Shown: positions 34,553-47,260 of the stretch, one piece after another
How the letters are laid out: each line of letters opens with the position of its first letter
How positions within the stretch are numbered: the stretch's first letter is position 1
Assembly: GCF_964355755.1 (NCBI RefSeq)
Contig: NC_092670.1
Coordinates: 1,912,201-1,976,200 of the forward strand
Reading direction: 5' to 3'
Length of the DNA: 64,000 bases
From: Antedon mediterranea
Taxonomy: Eukaryota; Animalia; Echinodermata
Translations under genes and position numbers: made by a program
The notes under the pieces: generated by a model
What the model was told of the DNA's origin: nothing
What the model saw: only the letters and a program-made list of their open reading frames with translations
Databases searched by the model: none

Positions 34553-35834
34553 GCTATGTTTTTGTTCAACCCCCTATGTATATCGCTAAGTCATAACACA
34601 CACCTTTCCAATGTCTATGAAAAGCAACTCCAGATTTTAAAACCGGATGAAACAAAGGACGCAAAGTCTGAGAATAAGGAAAACAAACCTGAGACTAATG
34701 GGGGTGCTAATGGCTCCAACAATCTGAGTAAAAATGCAGAAGTTATGATGGATTCGGTAGATATTGGAGAACTGTCTTTGAATATCATAAGCCTTTTTGT
34801 TTCATACGCCATTGACGATGATACTCTGTATGGAACAGAAGCGTTTAATCAAATATGTGGTATGAATACCGTTGGTATTGATATAAATGTTAATTTAGTT
34901 GGAGCAGAGTATAGTGGGGTTTTGTCTTGTCCTGTAGTCTTCATATCAAAGGTTCTGATCTCATATCTGTTTTCTTCTTCTAAGGTAAAACACTAAATAT
35001 CAGACTAATGGGTTCATTTGTGGTTCTTATTCTTTGATATAAAAGATCATTTTGCTCTAAAAAATGCAATCATTATGTGAAAGTGCAATGCATACAGCAA
35101 GTGATTGATCATACAACATTGTATTTCATTGCCTAATGCTTTTTAAACTATAAAACTGGGGGGAAAAAAGATATATTTTCACTTCGTTCAATTAGGGTGA
35201 AAATTGACAACTACACCTTTTTTAAACATCATCATAAAATTTTTTATTATTGTTATATTATCACAAAATGAAAAAACACTACATTAGCATCGCTGCACTA
35301 GAAAAGAAGCATGTTATTGATACGGGTATACAGTTTGAAAAATGTGACTTTGCATGTAGTAAACTTAAAATATCAACACGCACATGGATTGGGTGACCTC
35401 ACAAATGTTACACTGAGAATTTATATGTGGCATGTGATGATATCAATGCAGATGCACCTACCACTTACTTTATTAAATCAGGTATGTGCTTGTTTGTTGT
35501 TTTCATTAGGAGTCATGTAGCTACAAAAAGCTTGTGACAAATAGGTGTTTTCCTAAATTTTAAGTAAATGTTTACTTATTTATAAAGCTAAATATAGTTC
35601 TTATTATAAAAACAACATGTTGTTGCATTTTAAATTAATTTGCTTGTTTGATTTTTTTGTCCAGGGTCAGAAGCAGCTCAGGTGCCTACATTGATCCAGG
35701 CCAAAGCATTCGCATTGACTGCCCTGGAATTGGCTTATCCTATCAACGAGGGAATGCTTCAAAATATTCGCAAGGAGTTCCAAGACACTGTAAAACCAAA
35801 ACAACCAAACAAAGAGAAAGCTGAAGAGAACTGA
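34553..35834 (+). CDS. PM20D2: PM20D2 alternative terminal cassette A (exons 34553-34859 and 35665-35834), divergent
   Basis: Phase-0 acceptor TTTTCCAG, phase-1 donor G|GTATGA. Encodes ...NTHLSNVYEK...DSVDIGELS...TLYGTEAFNQICG-SEAAQVPTLIQAKAFALTALEL...EEN*. AATAAA at 36003. Confidence 0.75.
35196..35481 (+). pseudogene. Decayed fourth copy of the PM20D2 penultimate exon
   Basis: Fragments in shifting frames: VKIDNYTFFK, NTTLASLH*K, HVIDTGIQFEKCDF, HGLGDLTNVT and DINADAPTTYFIKSG|GTATGT are collinear with cassette B. Bounded by AG and GT. Confidence 0.55.
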
Positions 35835-36676
35835 TCTGTTTTTCAATATTTTGTCAGTTATTTCTGCAGTAATAGCTACATTTGCTTCAGTATAATTGGT
35901 TGACTATAAAACTGTCAATAATATTAATAAGCACTGCAGTAATTTACTACAGTTATACTAAATAGATAATTGTATTAATACTTATTTTTCTTAAATCATT
36001 AAAATAAATCTTAAATGTAAATTGTCAATAGAACTATTGACATTTTTTTTTACTTATTGTAGTAAAATATGTTACTTTTAAAATAATTATGTGAAAGATG
36101 ATTACTGGTACTACAGTATTGAATACAATACAATTGAAATTTAATATGTATTAGTTTAAATTGTAATTTTTTAATTAAAATTGTAATTTTTTAATTAATA
36201 TTTGTAAAGATTACTAAATATGACAAATTATTTAAATTTAAAATATTTTAAATGTGGATTTAAAATAATTATGGGATTTTGTTTATTTGTAACATGAATA
36301 ATGTGGGTTTGTTATAATTAGGTTAAGATGCAGTGTAGACAGTTTTCCCACTTTAATTTAGACTTCTCTTTAAATAAAATCAAGTGAACATGCCTTTATA
36401 ACAGATTTATTGTCTAAGGAAACAAATTATAATTAAAAATATTTAAATACAATAATTTCAGTATTTATGTGTATTTAATAAAAGTTATTAACTTGAATCA
36501 TGAATGTGCATTTTTTTCTGGTAATTAGTGATTGTTTTTTTCTCAAAATATTATTAGCCACAAAAACCTATTCATACATTCATGGTTTATCAATTAAAGC
36601 CGATTGTTTTTTGACAGTGCAAATTTTTGATATTTTTTTCTAAAACAAGCCATTTTATTTTATCCGTGTACCGTAG

Positions 36677-37765
36677 GTTGAAATAAAACAGCAAATACAT
36701 TATAAAAATCTTTTGACGAACTCTGCTTTGATATCGCTTTATGAGAAGTATGCAAGCAATTTAGGTGTTCATTTTGGAGAATCTAATTTTACACATGGAT
36801 CAACGGATATGGGAAATGTCACTTACGTACTTCCTGGAATTCACCCAAAGTTTGACATTGTCACCAATGCCCCAAACCACTCTACTAAGTTTACCGAAGC
36901 AAGTGGTAAGTTATGTTTTTATTAAACGAATGACATTTTTTTTTGTTTATTTAAAATCAGTGTTATTGGACAATAGGGGGTCTTTCACACCTCCCCCGGT
37001 TTGACTCCGACTCCAGTTGAGGTTTGCGTCATATTGCATGTACGACATTAGTGCATATCCAGTAAAATGTTTGCCGTACAGCCGTGTGGAGCGTCGTGAA
37101 AACAAAATACTGAGCAGGACCATAGAAGGTGTTAAAGACGTAGTGTTTTATGTATAAAGTATTTAAATTATATTAAGCAATAATATATTATGTGAACAAT
37201 ATAAAATAGAAATAATATATCTACGTCGTGAGGTAATTTCCCGATTGATCGTAAACAAAACGGTACTGGGTATGGTCTACTAGTTTTTCTGCTCCCAACC
37301 AGTACATCCATTCATAGAAGCTTTGATGAAGTAAGCCTACCTGGTGGTGGCCATAGAACGGTCCCGAGATAACGACTATACTTCGGCTTTAGTCGATAGA
37401 AGATTGAATAAATTGTTAGAGATAGAGTATACGATGTTATGATTATGTGTAGATATGTGATTTGTTCTTTTTATTCAAATGATGTTATGTATTTAATAAA
37501 TTTGTTATATCAATTAATTAAATTATCGTAGATTGCATATTATTAGTATTTAAATTATATTAAGCAATAATATATTATGTGAACAATATAAAACAGAAAT
37601 AATATATCTATACTTTTTTTGTCAGGAACTGCAGCAGCCCAGGGTCCAACACTTATACAGGCCAAAGCACTAGCATTGACTGGTCTGGAAATAATTCATT
37701 CTGGCAACGAAGGAGTTTTGAGTACCATTCGCAAAGAGTTTGAAGATACAATTAGACCTCAATAA
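36677..37765 (+). CDS. PM20D2: PM20D2 alternative terminal cassette B (exons 36677-36905 and 37626-37765), canonical
   Basis: 229-nt phase 0/1 exon with HGSTDMGNVTYVLPGIHPKF...PNHSTKFTEASG; last exon TAAAQGPTLIQAKALALTGLE...RPQ*; AATAAA at 37761 and 37864. Confidence 0.9.
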
Positions 37766-38508
37766 ATAGAACTTTAGGAATTTTAACATTTCATGAGATA
37801 TGATAGACACCAGTCAAGAAGCAATTCCATCGGTTTTTTAATTTAAAGATATAATTAGACCTCAATAAATACAAGAGTGCATGTTTTTTAGAGAATTATC
37901 AAATTTGGTCCAGTGTTTGCTTGTGCATTAATTTATGCTAAATTTTCTTTTTTTATAAAATTTCATTTGAAAGAACAAAGTTAACTTAATTGAAATAAAC
38001 TTATAATAATTAATATACTGTAATAATAGATATTTATAAAGCACAGAAATCAAGTAGAAGGAAATGAAAAGACACGAAAACAATCCAAGAGTGAAAATAG
38101 TTGCACAACCATGAATTTTACTGTTATTTAATGTTTAAATTACTTTCCTCTTTCACTAAATAATATTGCTAAGTAGTCTAGCCTGTGGTAGGAATATTAT
38201 TCTCCTCTAGAATATTGCTGTATTTTATTTCCAATTTACTTTGTTGACTCAAACACGCCATTATTATATTTAGTTTTAGCTGCCTACAATACAATTTGCT
38301 ATGATGTTATATGGTCGTCCCATTCCGCGCGTGTAAATAATTAATACCACCTGCCATTTTTACTTAGCTAGGCGCGGCCTAGCCTATAACTTTATAACTT
38401 TATTGTTTTCAATCCATTGTATGAAGGTCTAGGACCCTGCTAAAATAGGCTAACTATAGTTCCTACCTACTTAATGTTAGAAAGATCGACTTACTAGGCC
38501 TAGTTAGC

Positions 38509-39505
38509 GGGTGTCACGAAACCTAAGACCACGAAAGCTAAGACCCCCTAAGACCTAAGATCACGAAAGCTAAGACCCAAGACCTAAGATTACAAATATT
38601 TATCTTTCGCACCTGCCTTGTATTTTAACTCCCAATACCAACAAACTACCAGTCAAGTTGTTGTAAAGAAAAAATATACATTTACTCAACGGGCGAAAAT
38701 AATGTGAGTTTATTGTAATATAACGTTTGGGTTGTTGAGGTACTAATGAAGGACTCTGACTCGCTTGACTGTCGTAACACATATATTGTTTATTCAGTAT
38801 AATACTTCAGTACAATATACAACTATAAGTATAGATAAGGAACGGACGGTCTATGATTGATGCTGTCAGTGAGGTGTGAAGTGTGTAGGTCTGCTTCTGA
38901 AGAAGTGGCTGTGAGGTGTGTCTGGGCCCTTCTGAAACTTGGGAGTATATTGGCTCAGTTCATTTGCATAATGTCATTACATCATCTGTGAGGGTAACGA
39001 TTGGTCCTAAGTTGATCCAGGGGTGTTTAAGTGGGAGTGATTAACGGTATAATAAGGTATTTCTGTGATGGATGACACTGTCAAATCTGTACTTAAATAG
39101 TGTCGATCACTCCTGGTTTAACGATGGGAAAGTCACAAAATTAAGCTAAGTGTTTTCTTTAGGGATTCTATTATAAACTAAATGGTCATTAAAACATCTG
39201 GACAAACTCTCCTTTGGCCTTTCTGGGTCAAGTTTGTGAACCTATTTGAATTCCGATACAAAGGTCAATTTCTTAAATATAAAAGTATATCCTTATATTA
39301 CATTATCTATGTTTTGCGGTAGTATTTAATTATATTTATGGTAATAAATGAAACCTACTATGTTTAAAATTATGTATGGATAAACAAGTATTGTTTTTAA
39401 GCTGTAGTATATCTTATAATTTGCAGTCTTGGTTTGGGTCTTAGCTTTCGTGATCTTAGGTCTTAGGGGGTCTTAGCTTTCGTGGTCTTAGGTTTCGTGA
39501 CACCC
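38509..39505. mobile_element. Mutator-like MITE with ~10-bp TSD between cassettes B and C
   Basis: ~80-bp TIRs starting GGGTGTCACGAAACCTAAGACC with internal CTAAGACC repeats; flanks CCTAGTTAGC / CCTAGTTCGC. Confidence 0.85.
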
Positions 39506-40829
39506 CCTAGTTCGCCTACTATTACTGGATGACTAGGCCTGGAGGTATAACTCGTTAAAATTTGTTGCTGTATCTCGAATTGTGTTTGGTGGATTCTGTT
39601 TGGGTCGTCTGCATAATTAAATCGCGCGCTCGTCGAGAGAAGACCGGGATGTTGTTTTTGATTGGTCAGTTGTTGGTTGTTTCTTTAATTAACTAAACTA
39701 ATCATAAATGTTTATTACAATTTCAATGCGCACCGGATACGTTTTACGACAGCATACACCGTTCCAAAAGAACCAACTGTAATCGTCGGCGGTCATAAAA
39801 CTCGCTAAATTATCCCGTTGTATGTATGTCTCCTCTAGAAGCCTACTCTACCACTGCGGTACGTATCGGAGTTATGAATGAATAGTTCAAGGTGGTATTA
39901 TTTCTTAGATGGGCTTATTCTCGGGGAATATCCAAAGTTAGGTTAAATTCAACGTAAATTACACATTTGTATCTTGAAATAAAATATAATTATTTTGATA
40001 AATTGATTTCTTTGTCTTTTGTTTTGTGTATATGGTAGTACAGTATGATGTAGATTCCTCCGGTGTAAAATCCGGAGGTTTTATTGTGATTACTGAAAAC
40101 AAAAAATTAAGAAAATAATAATAACAATTAGACGTTCTTCTGAAATTAAAAAATAGTGATTGATAATTATATACACCTATAATATATTTATACTGTACTC
40201 TATAACTGGTAGGCCCATTGTTAATTAATATTTCCACATCAATTTAACCAAATGAAAAAGATGATATGAAATTGAAAATAAGATAGCTGGCAAAATGTCA
40301 AAATAGGTTTAAATTACTTGACAATCCATTTTCGACGACGAAGTAAACCTAAAGATTGGCAATTGTTTTTTTGTTTAAAAATGATAATAAATATAATAGG
40401 GCCGTCGCACCAGGAAAAATAGGCGCTCGCCTCTTCTGAAATATTAATTAATTATTTTTACTATACCCACCCCAACCAGCAGAGATTGCCATATTTCAGA
40501 TTACTAATTAATATTTAATTAGGCCTAAAATGTGTTTAAATGTTAAATGTAAATATGTATAATTATGTTTGCATGATGTAGTATGTTTAAGCGGATATTA
40601 GCCCTTGATGGCATTTGCAGCAATAAAGAAATTGAATTGAATTGAATATCTTTGACTCGTCTGTTTTTAACCTCTCGCTACTGCCATGATGAATACTGTA
40701 AAAGTATGGAATGGATATCAACATTTAGTAACATTTGAATTCATTGTAGTGGCACGTGACTACAATGAGGCGCAAAGCTAACGAGTGTATACGATCTTTA
40801 TTCTTCTTTTTTTTTCCTTTATATTTTAG

Positions 40830-41496
40830 TTTGAGTTGGTTCTTGTAGGTCACTTTAAGAACCTGATTAACAATGCTGGTTTAACTGAGTTATTTGAAGA
40901 GTTTGCAAGAGAATTCTCACAAACTAACGTAACCGACGAAAAACCGTTTGGATCAACCGATATGGGAAACGTATCTTATGAGTTACCCAGCATTCATCCG
41001 ATGTTTGGCATTGGCACTGACGCTCCCATCCACTCAGTAGAGTTTGAGAAGACAGCGGGTACGTTGTGTTTTTCAAAAGGGTATAGCCCTAGTAATCAAC
41101 ATGGAAGAGTCTTAATTTATTATCCATGCTATTTTTATAGAGGTTTACCTATCCATGCTGTAATAATGGAGACTTTGTGCTATAATCGTGGTCTCTTTCA
41201 ATTATTTCTTTCTTTCATCCACCACACGCCCCTACACATCCTCGTCACAATCCATTCATCTCATTTCACGACACGTCGTCGTATATGATCTTGATGTTTA
41301 TTAGCAGTGCACCACAACATTGAGTAATTTCATAACTTTTGTCAATATTAATTAAATTCTTTTTACAGGTTCTTCTCTCGCACAGGACCCGACACTGAAA
41401 CAAGCAAAAATATTGGCAGTGATTGGTATAGAACTTGTTAAATTGAATATGGCGGGAAAACTACAAGACTGTCTGCAGAAGCCGATGAACAGCTGA
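40830..41496 (+). CDS. PM20D2: PM20D2 alternative terminal cassette C (exons 40830-41058 and 41369-41496)
   Basis: 229-nt phase 0/1 exon with FGSTDMGNVSYELPSIHPMF...PIHSVEFEKTAG; last exon SSLAQDPTLKQAKILAVIGIEL...MNS*; AATAAA at 41541 and 41716; strong polypyrimidine acceptor. Confidence 0.85.
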
Positions 41497-42984
41497 TACC
41501 GCACTCGGACAACATTTAATTTTGAAATTCGGTATAACGAAATAAAAATAATTATCGTTATGTTCAGTCTGACCTACATTTTTTTTACAGGATCATAGCC
41601 TCGAAAAAAATATATATTCGTGTCAAATGTAGGCCTGCATTAGTGGATCTTTTCTTTAAGATTTTTTTAAACTAATATTTAATTTGTTATTATTTATTGG
41701 GTCTTTATTTGATTGAATAAAGTGTTCTTTATTTGTCAATTCGTATTAAATCTTGATTCTACAATCATATATTGTTATTATATAAAGTCATTGCGATATT
41801 TCTGTATTTTTTCAATCTATTTGAGAATACACACCGGAAAGAAACTGTAAACTGAAAACTCATTTTAAAATGCACACACACATAAATAGGCAAATTATCA
41901 ACCAACTTTTATTTTCCAAGTCTCTTATGAATTTAATATCAATACACCAATTATAATCTGTAATGAGTTATTTTGTCAGAAGAAAGACTGTAAACTTAAT
42001 TTTAGATAAAGTTATTAACTTAAGTGTAATAGGAACTTGTTCCTCAGTTCTTCCCTCCATTCTGCTGTCTGTTTATTCTACCTACCTCTTGGAAAAATTA
42101 TGTATATTATTTAACCAAAAGAGTTTATAAATGTGATAAATGAACAGTGGCATGTTATGTGTGCATTGTTTAATTTCTACATTTAATGTATTGTTCGTTA
42201 ACCCAGATAATTTCACTGAACAAAAAAAAACATTTGCACACATCCTTATAAATATCCCGTTTGCTTGCAATGTATGAAAAAGAATAAAAATCGGCTTTCT
42301 GTTTAAGCCTAGTGCAGTTTTTACGGCGCCCAATTTTCAACAAAAGATCCCTATTTCAAAATCTACTAGCCTACAGAATGTTGGATTGGAATATTACTCC
42401 ATGATTGCAGTCAAATCTAGTCGCCTGCAATACGAAATTTTAGCTTTCATTGCACTGCAGTGTCGATATATGTTACTTGCATACATTTTTAACATTTTAC
42501 TTCGCTGCATTTTATATTAAACGGTAGTTGATGATGCGGGCGAGTGCAATCCGCATAAGTACAATCCATTGTTGATTTCTGATTGGTCAGTAGTTTAATT
42601 ATACCAGGACAAGGCGAAGGTGTCAATATCAGTTGTTGACCATCAGTACCATTCACCGTGGTGTCTTTTCATTGGTCGGCGTTTGACTGGAGGTCAAAAT
42701 CACTAATGCATTTCATTACCGCATTGTTTTACCATTTACCAGGCAGCCAGAGTATTATTGGCCACACAACTGCACTGTAGGTATGTTAGTTTTGGATTAT
42801 TGTGTTAAGACTTTCTTTAACTTTTATATTTATTTAAGTATTACAGATGATAATATAGATAGACTCATAATGAGTTACAGTTCATAGAGAAATATTTCTC
42901 CTTAGTTAAAGATTTATTACAGTATAAACATTGTTTTATAACTCCGTGTAGTCTGCTTGTTAACATGTATTGTACTGTTATACC

Positions 42985-45155
42985 ATGGCTATACATAAAG
43001 AATACCTAATACTAGTAGACTACTTTTCAAGTTTTTTCGAAATTGATATTTTAAATCCATCATCAAGCAAAACTGTAATAAATAAACTTAAATGTCATTT
43101 TAATCGACATGGTATACCCGACGAAGTAGTTATCGGACAATGGTCCATGTTATGCAAGCTATCAATTTGAAGATTTCAGTAAAAACTGGAAGTTCACACA
43201 CACAAAAGTATCTCCAAAATACCCCTAGAGTAATGGTAAAGCAGAAAAATCTGTTGGAATAGCTAAACAATTAATAAACAAGGCCAACAGCCATTAAGTC
43301 GCGTGCTACAATGCATAGTGATACCGGACCGACAGACAGACCGACAGACAGACCGACAGACAGACCGACAGACAGACAGACCGACCGACCGACATAGTGA
43401 ACTATACTGACCGAAATTACTGAACATGTTTAAAAATGTTGAAATGTTTAAAAACAATTATATTTTTTTAATTTACACGTGCGTAGCCTGTCACTTTTGA
43501 TGTGCTCGTATAACGTAATTTCGAGTTAAAAAGTAAGTCAAGAAAACAGAAATCGGGCAAAAAGAGTGCGCAATAACATTTAACGCGCAGTGCGCGCGCA
43601 AAAATATGCGCACTCATGGCAATTTTGTAAACGCTTAAAATTGCCTGAAACGTACTCTTATTTCATCGAAAATAAATGTTGAAAATTTTAAGCGCGCGTA
43701 CGCATGCGTTACATGCGCTACGCACGTAATTGTATTGCCATATGATGATTTTTGCCCTGAAATTTATGAGTACCAAATTTTATTTAATTGTGATTCATGG
43801 TTGTGAAGATATGATTATACAAACGTGATTTCGTTAAATCGTGCGTAGACCGCGTAATTTTTTATTGCGCACCGTGAAAACATAACCACATTGATTCCTG
43901 GCCATAAGGAATATACTGTGAAAAATTGACCTAGCTAGATTAAACTGATATCAAGATAAGGTCAGAAAGCGATAAAACGCATAGTGATACCGGACCGACA
44001 GACAGACCGACAGACAGACCGACAGACAGACCGACAGACAGACAGACAGACCGACCGACCGACATAGTGAACTATAGAGTCGCTTTCACGCGACTAAAAA
44101 TGCGATGCATAACGGACAAGACATTCAATTAGCATTACTAGACTACAGAAACACCCCACTGAAAAACGGTAATTCACCAAACCAATTACTATTTAGCCGT
44201 CGGACAAAAACATTGCTACCTACCACAAACAATCTATTAACACCTAAAACAGTAAATCCCAACATCATGGATGACATTAAAAGACAACAATCGAAACAAC
44301 AAACATGGTACAACAAAGGTACAAAATATCTGAAACCACTAAAGGAAGGTCAAAATATTCTAATCCACTTTGAAAATAAATGGAAGAAAGGTATTGTAAT
44401 AGAAGTTATGAAACATCTTAAGTAAAGACAGAAAATGGACAAATATACATAAGAAACAGAAGACATTTGAAGCCAAACAAGTCAACCAAAACCGAAATTG
44501 ATGACTATTACAACAATTACTATACACCAACATCAAGTAATATGACAACTGAAACAACTGAAAATTCTCAAGCAAATACAACAATGAACAACACAGTTTC
44601 ATCATCAAATGACAATACAAGATACAGAACAAAATCTGGTAGAATTGTATCACTTCCAAAATATTATGGGTACACTTAATTAAGTACTGTAGATAATATA
44701 TAAACTGTAATATAAGTTGTATGGTTATAATAGATACAAACAATTATTATTATTAGCCTGCTAGAAAATATACTGTAGTTAAAGTACTGTAGAAATAAAA
44801 AATAAAAAACCGTTATTTGTCAATCCAAAATGCACATAATGATTGTTTTTCAGAGCTGAATATAACATGTTGTAAATAATAATAATTCATCAATTTTGTA
44901 TGGGCAATGAAGGTATTTAAAGTGAAGGTAATTATATCCATTAATCAATTAAATAGTATATATTGTTAAAGATTCAAACTGTGAAAGAAAAGGGATGTAA
45001 TGATTACTTTACTTCAAGTTGTTTAGATTACACACACATGGTGTATATCAGAGACCACCACTAAGTCAACTTAATGGCATTCTTTAATTAATAATAATAT
45101 ACTGTGGTAAACCAATGTAGCCTTCAACCAATGACTTGTATAAACACCATACAAC
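42985..45155 (+). mobile_element. Ty3/Gypsy LTR retrotransposon relic (integrase, PPT, start of 3' LTR)
   Basis: YLILVDYFS...[16 protein letters not shown]...SPKYP*SNGKAEKSV, resuming as LALLDYRNTPLKNGNSPNQLLFSRRTKTLLP and RTKSGRIVSLP; frameshift and stop. Polypurine tract GAAAGAAAAGGGA followed by TGT at 44996. LTR end uncertain. Confidence 0.85.
43277..44100 (-). mobile_element. Helentron-associated / DINE-1-like non-autonomous element inserted in the Gypsy integrase
   Basis: Minus strand starts TTTTTAGTCGCGTGAAAGCGACTCTA and has (GTCT/GTCG)n microsatellite blocks, a subterminal inverted repeat CACGCGACTTA, and ends GGCTGTTGGCCTTGTT. Sits in a T-run with no TSD. Confidence 0.7.
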
Positions 45156-46149
45156 ACACTTCTCGTAGGCGTGTAGAATATGCGTGTAATAGCGTGTTGT
45201 ATAAACGCGCCCATAGTTAAGTAACTTAGCTAATTGTATGAATGTATATTGTCACTTGATCATAAGCACTCACTGAATAAAGACCTGAGACAAAATGAAA
45301 CAAGTTTCTTATTGTATTATTTAATCGTGTCCAGAATTGTATTTGTTCACAAGAAACAAAACAAAACAGAGGTTTATACCTCCATGTTTAGACCATGGTT
45401 TAGACGTAGGTCAACACATAATTTTTAGGCATCATTTCAAAATAATTCGACTATAATAGTAACTGCAATGCCATTCAAGATTCAATTTATTGTCACATAA
45501 TATTACATAATGAAATTTGTTTTCCAGAGCTTAGAAACATAGGTACAATTACAATACAATTTAAAACACAATATAAAAACGTAACACCTTTACTAATTAT
45601 CTTGACATATACATAATGTACATATTACAAACATGAGAAAAAAGAATCTCTAAAACGGTTGATTTTTTAACTTTGCATTGCCGAATTCTACCAGATCTAT
45701 TAAATGAAAGTTACAATACTATTTAGTAGATGAGTCATGTTAGTGCCACTTTGACCCTTTAAGTCAAAGGTCAATAAGTACAAAGAATCTAATTTCATCT
45801 ACATCTCATATACTAACTGAGAAACTTCATGGATAGACAACACTTTAATTGTGGACAAAATCATCAAATTTAAGATAGCACAACGTCTTGTAAGTACCCA
45901 TAGTGTTATGAGTTATAAGTTTATATTTAGTAGTTTAGTTTGAAAATAGTAATCTATAGTACCACAGTATTCACAGTTTATATGAAATTATATAACGCAT
46001 TGATTTAATAGTATAATTTGTAGTTTGTTACTATAGCTTACTACAGTAGATAATTAGAGATAGTTGATTGTAAATATTTGTAGTTACACACTTTTTATAT
46101 CCTTTGTTTGTAGTCAATCGTGATACTATATGGGATTTGGAATCTGATT

Positions 46150-46700
46150 ATATTGAGGAACAAAATAAACTAGAATCACGCATTGAAATCGTTGGCTTTA
46201 TATCGTATGGTGTATTTTGAAGTTTGTTTAAATATTTGAGCCAACAAGTCACATCTTTAATTATCCATTCTAATTTATTAAGAGCCGTTTTAAAATATAT
46301 TTTCAATTTCTACGCCAATTATTTTACATGCTGCTTTAGTTATTTTACATATTAGATTGATGTTTTTCTTAGGTAAATTTGAATACCAGGCAATACAACA
46401 GAACGTCATAACAGATTTGATTACACTTTGGTAAAATAGGAACAGCGTATCTTGTCCAACATTTTAAATTCCGTAAGCTTCCTAAGAAAAAATAGGCATT
46501 GACTAACTTTAGAATAGACACTTTGTGTATGATTGTTCCTACTAAATTGATCGTCTATAGTTGTACCCAAGTATTTGTGCTCTGTTGTTACATACGCATT
46601 CATTGTTAATACTTTAATTAATTGTTCTACTGTATATCTTTGTTGTTTCTCCAAAAGTCTTTAGTTTTCTTAGCATTTATAATAAGATGATTGTCATTGG
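46150..46700 (-). mobile_element. Non-LTR (CR1/L2-group-like) reverse transcriptase 3' relic
   Basis: HKYLGTTIDDQFSRNNHTQSVYSKVSQCLFFLRKL matches the post-RT KYLG...RLYFLRKL region; frameshifted. Confidence 0.65.
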
Positions 46701-46984
46701 TTAGTTACAGCAGCAACAACGCACCCACATGACCCCTAGAGAAAACAAACCAGGGCTATGGAAAACAAAAGCGTTTGTTTACTAAGAATTTGATCAAACA
46801 AACGATATTAGAAATGAGGGTAGATAAATCAATTGTTATTGCAAACAAAGAAGGTGAAAATTGTAAGGAATTCTGGTCAAAGTTTAACAAACAAAGTAAA
46901 GATTGATTTAAGGTTCCAGGGTCTGAACAAATTGTTACTAGTGTTTAAGAAAAAGTCAATCAACATTAAGAAACTGCAATATTT

Positions 46985-47260
46985 GCCATTGCTTGGAAAA
47001 TGCAATTTAATCCAACTAAATCAAATGTACTTACTAGGTAATTATGGAAATTAGGAGACCAGTCGATAAATGAGTGTGAAACATATAAATATCTAGGTGT
47101 AATCATGGAGGTACCTCCATGGTGTAATGCTATCAAGAGGTGACCATAGTCATGTAGAATATGTTATACAAAAATGTAACCGACTCATAGGCTATAAAAC
47201 GCCATAATTGGTAACTTAAACCATGGAGAAATAATATTTCTCCATGCTTAAACAATTTTA
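46985..47260 (+). mobile_element. Second LINE RT relic
   Basis: WKMQFNPTKSNVL and ECETYKYLGV motifs in broken frames. Confidence 0.5.

Noticed and set aside
36677-41496. Cassettes B and C as separate complete PM20D2 paralogs
   Set aside because: No copies of exons 1-4 (HACGH, PAEE, SAHAA motifs) were found between 34370 and 40830. An independent promoter near 39.6-39.9 kb cannot be excluded but would give only a fragment.
41985-42080. Similarity to 55160-55240 as a functional element
   Set aside because: Short AT-rich dispersed repeat fragment, most likely a TE tail; nothing supports a function.
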